Shown here: positions 38,109 to 48,068 of the stretch, piece after piece | Position numbering within the stretch: the stretch's first letter is position 1 | Layout: each line of letters starts with the position of its first letter | DNA from: Polyangia bacterium | GTDB taxonomy: Bacteria > Myxococcota_A > Polyangia > JAAYKL01 | Direction of reading: 5' to 3' | Assembly: GCA_050287845.1 (NCBI GenBank) | Contig: JBNKCR010000018.1 | Span: 1 to 64,000 of the forward strand | DNA length: 64,000 bases | The notes under the pieces: generated by a model | The model's database searches: none | What the model saw: the letters and a program-made list of their open reading frames with translations, nothing else | Told to the model about the DNA's origin: nothing | Program-made: the position numbers and the translations under genes

Positions 38109-38732
38109 TCACATTCGACGATAAACGCCCATGACCACCCCCAGCAATTGCATGGGGAGAAAATCCTGGCGACGTACCATCACAGGAGCACAATTGCTGT
38201 TTGCGGGAACAAACCGGATATGATCACGCTCGGGATGATAGTACCGAACCGCTGCGTTGTCGCCGAGCAGCGCCACAACGACATCGCCTTTTTCGGCAAA
38301 CATCTGTTTTTTCACAAAAATAAAATCGCCGTTGTGAATTCCGGCCTGAAGCATGGCATCGCCGTTTACCCACATGCCAAAAACTTCTTTGGTGTTGCCA
38401 AGAAGGAATCGGTCAACCGTAATGTAGTCTTCAATATTCTGTTCGGCCAGAACAGGTTGTCCGGCTGTGACCCGACTCACAACAGGAATCTTCACGGTAT
38501 CCACCTGCTTTTTTTCTTCCATGTTCACAGGTCGGAGTGCCCGGGATTTCATATCTTCCCGTTTGAGATACCCCTTTCGTTCCAATGCGCGGAGATGATC
38601 GTTCACGCCATTGGTTGAACGAATCCCCATGTGACGTCCAATTTCTCTCAGTGTTGGGGGATAGCCACGATCTGCAATGGAACTGGTGATATAATCGAGA
38701 ACTTTTTCCTGTCTCTTGGTCAATCCTTGCAT
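38109..38732 (-). CDS. lexA: LexA repressor, catalytic Ser/Lys dyad substituted
   Basis: LTKRQ, GYPPTLREIG..MGIRSTNGVNDHLRALERKG winged HTH; VTAG.P cleavage loop; S24-like domain reads GDAM and AVR; GGAGG RBS. Confidence 0.93.
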   Translation of the reverse strand: MQGLTKRQEKVLDYITSSIADRGYPPTLREIGRHMGIRSTNGVNDHLRALERKGYLKREDMKSRALRPVNMEEKKQVDTVKIPVVSRVTAGQPVLAEQNIEDYITVDRFLLGNTKEVFGMWVNGDAMLQAGIHNGDFIFVKKQMFAEKGDVVVALLGDNAAVRYYHPERDHIRFVPANSNCAPVMVRRQDFLPMQLLGVVMGVYRRM

Positions 38733-38788
38733 ATAAAATACTCCTCCACAAAAAGACAACCTGTTATTTGGTGCAGTAATTGATTGTT

Positions 38789-38818
38789 ATACTACTGAAC
38801 AGCCGGTTACGGAGTCAA
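38789..38818 (-). promoter_or_regulatory. Sigma70-like lexA promoter with an overlapping candidate LexA box
   Basis: Minus strand TTGACT-18 nt-TAGTAT; the spacer contains GTAACCGGCTGTTCAG, ending in the GTTCAG half-site of myxobacterial LexA boxes. Confidence 0.55.
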
Positions 38819-38864
38819 ATAAGTGACCATTTTAGGTGAATTTCATGAAAATATCTGATGGATA

Positions 38865-41800
38865 CTAACGGATATCAATTTGTCCACTGTTCATATGTTC
38901 GGTTGTCCGCAGGAATTGCTGATAATCGGAATAGTGTTCCGGAGAAACGCGGTCGATGTGAATATCAGCGGTCATCTCCACCGTTAATTGTTGATTCCCT
39001 TGCGAAAACTGCTGACAGTAGCCGGCTTGCGGCGTTGTGATACGGATGCATGCATCCTGGGGAGTCTTTTTCACTTTCATTGATGATGGCAGTGATATGT
39101 GCACGATTCGACGTGTTTTCTGGTAGGCAGCCAGCACCAGCGGCAGCATTCTCGAGGATTCGCCGCTGGAAAACTGCGTGAAATCCACCGACAGTGGCAG
39201 GTTTAAATGTTGCCCATCATCCGTGAACTGTACTATATCAGGTACGTCTATATTACATTCAACAATGAGCGGTTCCTGAAGTGCCGACTCATTACGTATG
39301 GTGTACGTATTGAGAACCGCTTCGGGAAAGTAGCCGCTGAGCAGATGGGTTTCAATCAGTTTTCGCCGTTGTGACGAGGGTTTCTGCAGTTCTTCGCGAA
39401 GATATGCCGCCTCGTCTCCCTTGAGTGACAGGGTAACAGTACCGGTCGCATTGCCATCAACCGAAACCTTCAGTGATGCGTCCACTGTTGTTTCGTCTTC
39501 TGGAATCTGTCCCTTATCCATTTTTTCAATACTGCAACTTTGTGGAAGCAAAGTGGATTGATTTCGCAGGTGGGTGGGTATCAGACCAATTGGTCCGTAT
39601 TTCTGATCGAGACTTATCCATCGGTTGTCTGAAAGCTTCACAACGGGAACGGTGTATCGGTTCAATTGGGCAACATTTGCCTGGGTGCTGTCGTCCCATG
39701 GGGTACTCGCGATGCCCAATTCGGCTGTCAGACCTGAAAGCCTGGCCATATATACAAAAAGTCGCGCTCTGTTTCCCCGTCGTCGACTGAATATATGGGA
39801 GGCTGGCTCAAACCACTGCATATCATCTGCTATGTTCGTCATAATCCAGTTGTATATTGCCGCTGCCTTTGCATCAGGATCCGGGCCTACATCTCTGAGA
39901 ATATGGGTGTTGATAAACCGGATAATCTCCGGGTCCGGCTGGGATTTGCCATGAAGCTGTCTGTTCAGCCATTGGCAATATTCATTCATGGATGCATTGG
40001 CGGTGACACGCACGGATGGCAGATACTCCACCGGATCCGGTGCACTCGGTTCGCTGGATAAAGGGGGAATATTCCTGGCCCGAAAGGTGACAGTCTGTAT
40101 TCCATCGAAATGGTTTTCTTCCGGTTGAGGTGCATTTCCCCGAATATCGTATTGCATTCGCGCCCCTGCCGGCGCGACAACAATCAGTTCAGAACGAACG
40201 AAGGTGGACTGAAAATCCCGGAAGAAAAAAGGTTCCGTGTCAAAACCACCGGGAAAGATTGAATGGGGCGGCGCATGGGTGAGGCTTTCAAACTCGATGA
40301 AATCTCCAACCGCCAGATGGGGCAGGGAGATACTGGATTTATACTCAACAGAAGTGGGATACAGAATTTCGAGATTGGGTTTGATCACTCGGGCCGTCAG
40401 GATTTCCGCCCCTGGCGGTACGTCCAGTTCACCGTGGGTATCCACCGCATCTACGGAGTTCACTTTTCCAATCCAATGGGTCAGCTGCATGCCCGAACCG
40501 AAATCATCCACGAGATACACCATCCGGTCGAGAATCCACGCAAAATCGGTGGATACATCGGGATTCTCCGCAAGGTGCGCGCGGATGGTCTGAAGGCCGT
40601 CGATACGATAGGATTCAATTGCTGATTTTCCGGTGACGAGTTCGCATGTGTTAAAAAAGTCCGGATTCATTGGCCAGAGTGTCATTCTCCCACAGATTTT
40701 CCTGGCCTTTTTCACTTCTCCCGCTGCCAGGTAGGCATCAAGAAGCAGGATTTGGGTTTGAATGTCCAGAGGGAATTTCGATGCGGTTTCTTCAAGCTTG
40801 GAAATACTTTTCTGCAGGTGGCCGGCGTTTGACAATGTGCTGGCCACATTCAATTGCAAATCAAGGTTGTCGGGCTGCAAGGCCGCGATTTGGCGAATCC
40901 GGTTGGCCGCTTCGCTGAACTTTCCGTTCCGAGCCAATTCCGTGGCAAAAACCGATGATGCGGCCGCGCATTGAGAAATGTTTCTGGAAGCGCGTTCTGC
41001 AAGATCGTAGTTCTCATCGCCAAGGGCAAGGGCATATTCCCAGTTATGCACTGCACAGTTGGCGCCCACCAGTTTCTTCAATTCATCCAGTGTGTGGTGT
41101 GCAGATTTCTTCCATTGATTGTCACGATAGTAATCCAGCAGGGTGAAATACAGGATCGGCTCCGTGGGCACCGTCGCAATCGCTTGTTCCAGCATCGCAA
41201 TGGCATCTGCTGTTCTGCCATTCCGTTGTTCGTGCTCCGCGAGAAACACTGCGGCTCTGGCAAAATGGGCATTCTGTTCCAGGGCACCCCGATACAGCGA
41301 GCGCGCATTTTCCATACCGGTTTCAAACGCATTGAAGGGTGTCATCAGCTCGTATTCCGCACGACGCAACTGTAGCCGGGCAACGACGTGTTTACGAGGC
41401 ACACGCGGATTGAGCCATGACACAGGGTCGACATTCCAGATATCGTATTGCATTTTGGCCAACGTGGCAGATTCGGTCTGCGGTACGGGAACCGGCATTG
41501 TATGAGTGGCGCCCGGCGCGGTATGATGGGCAGAGAGGCGCCAGACTGTACCCGAAGCGACAGCTTCCATCCCGTCGGTGAGCACAGAGAGGGAAAACGC
41601 CGGGGTATATTCCGGAGAATACGCTTCAATCCGTACTTCGTGGACCCCCTGTATCAATGGAACAGAAAACCACCTGTTCTCTGGAAGCCACCGGGCCTCA
41701 GACCTCTGTGCCCACGCCTCATGGCCATTAATCCATACGCGCATGTCCGCGGTGCCATGAAGACGAAAATAGAAGGTGCCGGACTGGTCTGCCCGAATGG

Positions 41801-42518
41801 TTGTTCTGGCCACCACTGTGCCGGAAAACTGATTCATCGGCGGGTCAGCGGTGATGTGACATACGGAATACTCTCTGTCATGCACTGGCAATGAGGGGCG
41901 ACCACCGCCACCTTCCAGCGCTTGGGGCCAGACATCCAGACGCCTCAGCGCTTCAACAGATTGCTGTCCCTTTCTATCCGCACCAAATGTTCCCGCGATG
42001 GTCCAGGAGGTGATGCAGCCGGTACTTGCCAGTACTGCAGCAGATTCCCCGGGATTCCCGCTGTTCTGGAGAAATGAAAAATGCAGGGTTTTCAGTTGAA
42101 ACACGGCTTCTGGCGCCAACTCGCCAGGACGGTTGGACCAGCTGGTGAGCCATGGTGTGAGGCGGTCTTCGAAATCCCGGACCCTGTTGCGGATTTCCAC
42201 AATCGCCACAGCCGCCGCCAGACCTTCCCAATGAAGCGCCCTGGATTTTCGCGCCGCTTCCACCGTCTCGATATAGCGCTCCAGTGCCAACTCCGGTCGG
42301 CCGGTGTCATTATATACAGTGGCGAGCAGAAACCGGTCTCCGGGGGTGTCGCGTTTTATCAGCTTCTGTTCGAGGTCGGCATCCTCTATGTCTGAGAAAT
42401 ACAGCGGCAAGACTTTTTCAGACAACGTTTTTGAATGCTTCAACCCTGATGCGCACCCGCAACAGAGCAGAAGGGGGGAAAGAATTATCCATACTGATTT
42501 CAGAGTTTGTTTCATCAT
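38865..42518 (-). CDS. Large TPR / DUF3857 / transglutaminase-like lipoprotein (catalytic Cys absent)
   Basis: CCGC lipobox-like, TPR segments, ARVIKP...L.VGD.IE DUF3857-like region, IYNWI...SRRRGNRARL core. Confidence 0.75.
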   Translation of the reverse strand: MMKQTLKSVWIILSPLLLCCGCASGLKHSKTLSEKVLPLYFSDIEDADLEQKLIKRDTPGDRFLLATVYNDTGRPELALERYIETVEAARKSRALHWEGLAAAVAIVEIRNRVRDFEDRLTPWLTSWSNRPGELAPEAVFQLKTLHFSFLQNSGNPGESAAVLASTGCITSWTIAGTFGADRKGQQSVEALRRLDVWPQALEGGGGRPSLPVHDREYSVCHITADPPMNQFSGTVVARTTIRADQSGTFYFRLHGTADMRVWINGHEAWAQRSEARWLPENRWFSVPLIQGVHEVRIEAYSPEYTPAFSLSVLTDGMEAVASGTVWRLSAHHTAPGATHTMPVPVPQTESATLAKMQYDIWNVDPVSWLNPRVPRKHVVARLQLRRAEYELMTPFNAFETGMENARSLYRGALEQNAHFARAAVFLAEHEQRNGRTADAIAMLEQAIATVPTEPILYFTLLDYYRDNQWKKSAHHTLDELKKLVGANCAVHNWEYALALGDENYDLAERASRNISQCAAASSVFATELARNGKFSEAANRIRQIAALQPDNLDLQLNVASTLSNAGHLQKSISKLEETASKFPLDIQTQILLLDAYLAAGEVKKARKICGRMTLWPMNPDFFNTCELVTGKSAIESYRIDGLQTIRAHLAENPDVSTDFAWILDRMVYLVDDFGSGMQLTHWIGKVNSVDAVDTHGELDVPPGAEILTARVIKPNLEILYPTSVEYKSSISLPHLAVGDFIEFESLTHAPPHSIFPGGFDTEPFFFRDFQSTFVRSELIVVAPAGARMQYDIRGNAPQPEENHFDGIQTVTFRARNIPPLSSEPSAPDPVEYLPSVRVTANASMNEYCQWLNRQLHGKSQPDPEIIRFINTHILRDVGPDPDAKAAAIYNWIMTNIADDMQWFEPASHIFSRRRGNRARLFVYMARLSGLTAELGIASTPWDDSTQANVAQLNRYTVPVVKLSDNRWISLDQKYGPIGLIPTHLRNQSTLLPQSCSIEKMDKGQIPEDETTVDASLKVSVDGNATGTVTLSLKGDEAAYLREELQKPSSQRRKLIETHLLSGYFPEAVLNTYTIRNESALQEPLIVECNIDVPDIVQFTDDGQHLNLPLSVDFTQFSSGESSRMLPLVLAAYQKTRRIVHISLPSSMKVKKTPQDACIRITTPQAGYCQQFSQGNQQLTVEMTADIHIDRVSPEHYSDYQQFLRTTEHMNSGQIDIR

Positions 42519-45500
42519 GGCCGTTCATTCCGGAGATGGAGAGTAATCTGTCGGCGTTCCATGGCATCGATTTTCAGAATAAAATCCATAAATGCATTGT
42601 ACTGCTCTGGCAGCACAACCTGTTGCCTGAAAATCAAGGAACGGGTCACCGCAGCGCCTTCCGGGGTGGCACGGACGATTCGGCGATAAACGCCAAACTC
42701 GGATTCCATCACCAATTCACCAACTGGAATTCTGGCTGTCATTTCTTTGGGAACAACGTATTGCACGTCGAGCGAACTCGTTCTGGCCGGTCCGAGAACA
42801 AGAGGATGAACCCGCTTTTTCAGTTGAGCATACTTGCGTTTCAGATAGAGCGGCGGAAGCAGGCGAAAGGTGGCGACATTTTTATTGATGTGGCAGAAAT
42901 TTGCGACCGATGCGTCAAAATGGATTTCCGGGGGCGCCTCCAGGTCATTCATCAAACGGAAATCCGCACGATCCACATGAAGTCCAGGATACTTTTCAGT
43001 GAACTGTTCCTCCAGTATATCGCGGTTCTGAGCCGTGGAATAATTTTTGCGCAGCCATGGCGCAAACAATGGGCCACGAGCGATGATGTCTGTCGTCATT
43101 TTCATGCTGCAGTCCGATTCAATCCGCAGCACTGACGATTCGTTGAAAACCGACTGGGTTTCGCCGGTCACTGGCGTTTTACGCAGCGCCACTTCAGTGG
43201 TTCCGATAACCAGCGCACTGATACCCTGATCTTCAAATGGCAAATCTCCGGTTCCGTGAAACGTTGCGGTGCCATCCAGCCACAAATCATCATCCGGCAA
43301 GTAGGCAATGGCATGATTGAACAATGCCAGCGACGGATACTTCATCTTGAGTTCTCCGGCGGAACGCGTTCGAACCAGAGCGAGATGAGCTCTGATGCCT
43401 GCTTCCCTCAACATGGCTACCAGAAGAGAGGCGGTATCTTTGCAGTCTCCGAATCCCCGGGCAAGCACCCGGGGGGTACTGTAGGGTTTGTACCCATGAA
43501 TGCCGAATTCCAGTCCCACATACCGGATGTTGGTGGTGACCCAGTTGTAAATAGCCGCTATCTTCTGTTTTTTACTTTTCAGTTTTGCGGTGAGTTCCCT
43601 GACCAGTTGCTGAACCGCGTCTCCTCCCAGCAGTTGTGGGCGAATCAGATCTCGATACCACCGTTCCATATCGGTGAAGGATTCCCAGGACGTTGCATGA
43701 ATCACCTTTACCAGTGACATGCTTCCCGGTATACCGGGCTCTTCGGGGATGGCTGGCAGGTCGCTGGCAGTATATACATTTGTGACAGTGCTGCTATTTT
43801 GTATCACCCGTGGCGGCGCAAGGAAATCCGCTTCAATCCGAATATTGAAATCCGCAGGACGTATCAGTACAAACTGAAACTGCTCCACCGGCATGTCTCC
43901 ATTGACTGGCACAATCGCACCGAAGTACCGGCCGAACATGCGCTCTCTCCGGATGTCATCAATCCGAAACTGATACTCCACAACGTCACCAATTGCAGGT
44001 TTGGGCACTTCAATCACTTCGGCGTCAATATCGTAGTACAGACGATACCAGGGTTCTGAAACCGGGAATGTACCGCGTGCTGTGGCTTCAAGTGTCCGTC
44101 CATCCGCGCGGTACAGTCGTGCTTTCTGAATACGGACAGACTGATCTGATGAAAACTGCTCACTGTATTGTTGCCATTGTCGCGCTCCATCTTCAGTGGC
44201 AATAGCCACCGCCACCTGGGTCACGGTGGAGGACAACCCGGATGCATGGACCCGCGTGATGGTATTGTTCACCAGGTAGCAGTCCTTCCGTTGCTGCAGA
44301 CAGCGTTCCTTCCGCTTTTTCAACTCCGTTTCCCCGATGAGATACGGCGTGTCAAAAGAATCAGAAGGACGTAGATGTTCAAGCAGGTCGCGCAGTGCTT
44401 TATCGCCCGGATTCTGCTGAAGTGCTTCGCGGTAATGACGGATTGCCAGTGCTTCATTGGTTTTGAGGTAGTATTCTCCCGCAAGTTTCCGGAACTCACT
44501 TACTCCCGGCGCCTCCAGGAGTAGAGCACTCAATAATTTTTCCTGTGCGTGACCAGGAGCCGCCATTCGCAGACGCAACAGCTCAGTCAGCATCTCCACG
44601 GGGGGAGCGCCAATTTTTTTCCACTGCGCCAGAACAGCCCGGGATCTGGATTCCATTCCTTTGCCTGTGATGTGAAGTTTGCGCAAATGAATGCTGAAGT
44701 CTGAATACGCCGATTCGATGGCGTTTGAAAAAATTTGCGTTGAGTAGATGTCAGCAACTGTTCCCACCAAACTTTCGGCTGCACATTGTTTTTCCATGGG
44801 GGTCGCGTCCGGTCGACTCAATTCATTTCGCAGTTTCCGGGCCGATTCCGGCAGGGTATGGGCGTACAGCCCGAGCAGTGCACAGCGGGCTTCTGGCTGG
44901 GATGGATTCTTTTTCAATATCTTCTGGAGCCGCACGATATTCTCCCGGTCGGGTCGGGTATCCAGACTCAACAGCAACAGTTGTATCGCCGCGACGTTCC
45001 GGGAGGCGTCATCTATGTTCACTTGACGGTACGCCTGTCTTTTTTCGTTTACATCATCGGAGAGGGACGCCCATGTTTTGCATGGGGAGAGGGTTCCCAA
45101 CGTTTCACACGCGGTCTGGGCGGCATCTTTTACTTCGGTATCTTTACCAACGCTTCCTGTAAGTTGCGCGTATTCAGCATAATTGCCCAGATGGGTGGGG
45201 CGCACATTTCTTTTCCCGGGACGGGGACGCAACATGTCGAGCAATGTACGATGTGGTACGATGGCTGTCCGGATGTGGTCGTAGGTTCTGAATCCCTGTG
45301 CCTGCGATGAAACCGAATGCAGGGGCTCGCCCGATGGCGAGAGAATTCGAGCGAAGAATTCTGACGTTCCCGATTCATTGCTGCAAATCTTTACCGTGAG
45401 AAGATTTTCTCCAGCAGGCAGATTCAATGGGACGTCGTGACGATTGATGTCAGCCCGATACCAGTTTGTATCTTCGAGTATCAGGGTGTCGTTCAAGAAA

Positions 45501-46120
45501 ACCCGGGCCTGACCGCCCGCACCGAACAACAGGTGATGACGACCGCCCCGGGGGGATGCCACGGTGGTCTGCGCCATGACACAGATATTTTCTGTTGCTG
45601 AGAACACCGACTCAAATGTTACTTTCCCCAGTCGTCGCGTCAGCCAGCTCGATGGAAATACACATGGTGCATCGATTTCAGATGGTACGCAATTGGGCGA
45701 TATTTCCGGTTGGCTCATATGATAAGCGCTGGAAAGAAACTTCTCGGTCAGTCCGATGGATGACTCATTGGGAAACGGACCTGTGATTTGCCAATCGGTT
45801 AAAAAACCCATATCCGCAACCGCGGCATTGGCTTTTGCTGGGTGGCCGGTGAGCAGATTCAGTTTGGCCAACAAGTATTGGATGCGCGTCCTGGCAGCCG
45901 GATGCAGTCCTTTCAGTTGCATTGTTCCTGTCAGCACCTGATGGATCATGTCTTTTCCAACTATTGGATATTCTTCGAAAATTTTCAAAACGTACAGGTC
46001 AGCGAATCGGGACCCGGGGGAGAGTGCAAGCATTTCAGCGGGGCGGGATTCCCCGCGAGCCGACGCGACACTGCCGACGAACGGGATGAGTATGATCAGA
46101 AAAATAATAAAATGTTTCAT
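42515..46120 (-). CDS. DUF3857 and transglutaminase domain-containing protein
   Basis: Signal peptide at MKHFIIFL (46120); GDVVEY, IRYVGLEFGIHGYKPY, GDCKD, FNHAI, WLDGT triad; ATGA overlap with the downstream gene. Confidence 0.85.
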   Translation of the reverse strand: MKHFIIFLIILIPFVGSVASARGESRPAEMLALSPGSRFADLYVLKIFEEYPIVGKDMIHQVLTGTMQLKGLHPAARTRIQYLLAKLNLLTGHPAKANAAVADMGFLTDWQITGPFPNESSIGLTEKFLSSAYHMSQPEISPNCVPSEIDAPCVFPSSWLTRRLGKVTFESVFSATENICVMAQTTVASPRGGRHHLLFGAGGQARVFLNDTLILEDTNWYRADINRHDVPLNLPAGENLLTVKICSNESGTSEFFARILSPSGEPLHSVSSQAQGFRTYDHIRTAIVPHRTLLDMLRPRPGKRNVRPTHLGNYAEYAQLTGSVGKDTEVKDAAQTACETLGTLSPCKTWASLSDDVNEKRQAYRQVNIDDASRNVAAIQLLLLSLDTRPDRENIVRLQKILKKNPSQPEARCALLGLYAHTLPESARKLRNELSRPDATPMEKQCAAESLVGTVADIYSTQIFSNAIESAYSDFSIHLRKLHITGKGMESRSRAVLAQWKKIGAPPVEMLTELLRLRMAAPGHAQEKLLSALLLEAPGVSEFRKLAGEYYLKTNEALAIRHYREALQQNPGDKALRDLLEHLRPSDSFDTPYLIGETELKKRKERCLQQRKDCYLVNNTITRVHASGLSSTVTQVAVAIATEDGARQWQQYSEQFSSDQSVRIQKARLYRADGRTLEATARGTFPVSEPWYRLYYDIDAEVIEVPKPAIGDVVEYQFRIDDIRRERMFGRYFGAIVPVNGDMPVEQFQFVLIRPADFNIRIEADFLAPPRVIQNSSTVTNVYTASDLPAIPEEPGIPGSMSLVKVIHATSWESFTDMERWYRDLIRPQLLGGDAVQQLVRELTAKLKSKKQKIAAIYNWVTTNIRYVGLEFGIHGYKPYSTPRVLARGFGDCKDTASLLVAMLREAGIRAHLALVRTRSAGELKMKYPSLALFNHAIAYLPDDDLWLDGTATFHGTGDLPFEDQGISALVIGTTEVALRKTPVTGETQSVFNESSVLRIESDCSMKMTTDIIARGPLFAPWLRKNYSTAQNRDILEEQFTEKYPGLHVDRADFRLMNDLEAPPEIHFDASVANFCHINKNVATFRLLPPLYLKRKYAQLKKRVHPLVLGPARTSSLDVQYVVPKEMTARIPVGELVMESEFGVYRRIVRATPEGAAVTRSLIFRQQVVLPEQYNAFMDFILKIDAMERRQITLHLRNERP

Positions 46121-46406
46121 TGCTGGCAAGTATATGAGGCTGCTGTTGAAAAGCAAATTGCATCTGCTGCAGACAATGGCGAATGATGTGATTTTGACGG
46201 GTATATCCCATTTCTTTTTTCTGCAATGCATTCTATTCTGATGACATCCGGCGACGACCGAAGTTCCCGAGCAACCGCTGGATTGCGAAACGCCTGAGAC
46301 TGACACATTGAAATTCCCGCTATTCAAACCACCCCGGCAGGTTGAATTTCGGGGAAACAATGTGGTAGGACCGGTTCGATAAATTCTCGAAAAAAAGGAA
46401 TCCCCC

Positions 46407-47096
46407 ATGAAACCATGGATTAAAATCGATGAAAAGCAGACTGCCGATGGCATGCTTCAGCTGATGCGCCGGGGAAAAAAGGATTTCATTATCAAACTGG
46501 ATAACCAGATTCTGATGAACAGCCATCTCAGTTTGACTGAGCAGGCGCTGGCGACCAGTGCTGTCGGTCGATTGCAGAATCCGAACGGTGCGCGGATTCT
46601 GATTAGCGGGCTGGGAATGGGGTACACGCTTAAGTCGGCATTAGATGTATTACCATCAAGGTGCAGCGTTACCGTAGCGGAACTCAATCCCATTGTTGTT
46701 GAGTGGTGCAGGGGAGAACTGGGATCACTGACGGAATACCCGCTGAATGACCATCGGGTGAGGGTAGTCACCGGCGATGTGAAGGAAGTTATCATGGATG
46801 CTGCCTATCTCGCCCAAAATCCGTTCGACGCCATTATTCTGGACCTCTACGAAGGAACTTCGGAAGCCAATTTCGATGATATGCACGACCACTACGGTCT
46901 GGAAGCATTGCAGCGAACAAAGGACGCCCTGAAAAACAACGGTGTGCTGGCGGTGTGGACCGAGGGCGAGGACCGGGGATTTGAAAGACGCCTTGGACGC
47001 GCCGGGTTTACTGTTGAACAGACCCGTCCCGGCAAGGGTGGACCGCGTCATGTGGTCTATGTTGCGGCAAAGAAATCGAACCGTCGGGGCAAATGA
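46407..47096 (+). CDS. Spermidine-synthase-like class I SAM-dependent methyltransferase
   Basis: LMNS....TE..LA, ILISGLGMGYTL, VAEL, GDV, FDAIILD, GVLAVW. Confidence 0.82.
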   Translation: MKPWIKIDEKQTADGMLQLMRRGKKDFIIKLDNQILMNSHLSLTEQALATSAVGRLQNPNGARILISGLGMGYTLKSALDVLPSRCSVTVAELNPIVVEWCRGELGSLTEYPLNDHRVRVVTGDVKEVIMDAAYLAQNPFDAIILDLYEGTSEANFDDMHDHYGLEALQRTKDALKNNGVLAVWTEGEDRGFERRLGRAGFTVEQTRPGKGGPRHVVYVAAKKSNRRGK

Positions 47097-47255
47097 ATCT
47101 CACCGGCAACGTGTTGTATATATTTAACTTATGACCACCTCTTACAAGTTGAGTGTCGGTTTTTTTTGTGGCGTGTTTATTTTTTCGCTTTAAATAAAAG
47201 TTGAATAACACAAATACATCGTTTGCTATTGAACAACATAGGAAAGGGCAGCATC

Positions 47256-47942
47256 ATGTCACACGATCTGAGTCTCCAGTCAATGCCTTTGGTTTTTGCA
47301 TTTATTCTACTTGTCAGTTGTTCCGCAGTGCGCTCTCCCATTCAACAGGTGCCGGTCAAAAGTCGTCAAACGATAGAAGAGACAGATGGCCGTGCTGTGG
47401 CCGTTCGCCTGACACAGGCGACCACCGTGGCAGGCATTTCTGTGCCCGCGGGATCAATCATGCGACAGACCAGCGATACGCAGTGCAGTGTATTTCCGGC
47501 GGAGACAGTATTGATTGGCAACGTACAGATTCCGGCGGCGTCAGAAATTGAACTGGTGTTGTCCGGAGATGTGTATGCGTGGAATGGTATGGTGAAGGTG
47601 GGGGACACCACAACGTATCATGAACTAAACCTGGCGGCAGGCGATACAATACGTTTTACTGGAGATTTGGCGGTTCAACCCATTCTGGCGCAGCTACGTC
47701 TGGGGTCGCACAGGGAATTTGCGGGTCAGTGGTATCCTGCACAGACCGTTATTCATCTGGATGCAAACCGAAAAGTCGTGCAGATATCGCCCTCTTTGCC
47801 TCTGGATGCGCTGACGACGCAACAGGAATCGTACTGGAAACAGAAAGCAGAGCACGAATCGCGGTGCGTTGAGATCTGTGCCAACCATAAAAAGAAATCT
47901 CCCGAGCACAAGAGCTGCATGGAATATTGCATGAACCGATAA
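47256..47942 (+). CDS. Hypothetical lipoprotein with internal beta-repeats
   Basis: Lipobox LVSC; four repeats like xGxxxPAxSxI; C-terminal CxxxC...CxxxC. Confidence 0.6.
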   Translation: MSHDLSLQSMPLVFAFILLVSCSAVRSPIQQVPVKSRQTIEETDGRAVAVRLTQATTVAGISVPAGSIMRQTSDTQCSVFPAETVLIGNVQIPAASEIELVLSGDVYAWNGMVKVGDTTTYHELNLAAGDTIRFTGDLAVQPILAQLRLGSHREFAGQWYPAQTVIHLDANRKVVQISPSLPLDALTTQQESYWKQKAEHESRCVEICANHKKKSPEHKSCMEYCMNR

Positions 47943-48041
47943 TTCATGGACGGACCAGCTTTGTCAACGAAGACGCTACAGGTATATTGACCAGTGATTC
48001 TGGCAATTTTCGAGTTACAACCAAAAAAAGAAGCGCCCCGC

Positions 48042-48068
48042 TCAAGAACCCATCCGGAATGCCGACAT
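48042..48068 (+). promoter_or_regulatory. Sigma28 (FliA) promoter
   Basis: TCAA-N15-GCCGACAT upstream of flaG-fliD-fliS. Confidence 0.7.

Noticed and set aside
46238..46291. Hammerhead-ribozyme-like core CTGATGA...stem...CGAAAC
   Set aside because: The stem II closing pair is not canonical and I found no stem I or stem III partner with an NUH cleavage triplet; the CTGATGAG near 50954 also lacks GAAA.
46121..46453. 111-aa N-terminal extension of the DUF3857 protein given in the ORF track
   Set aside because: It overlaps the divergent gene and looks non-coding; a clear signal peptide starts at 46120.
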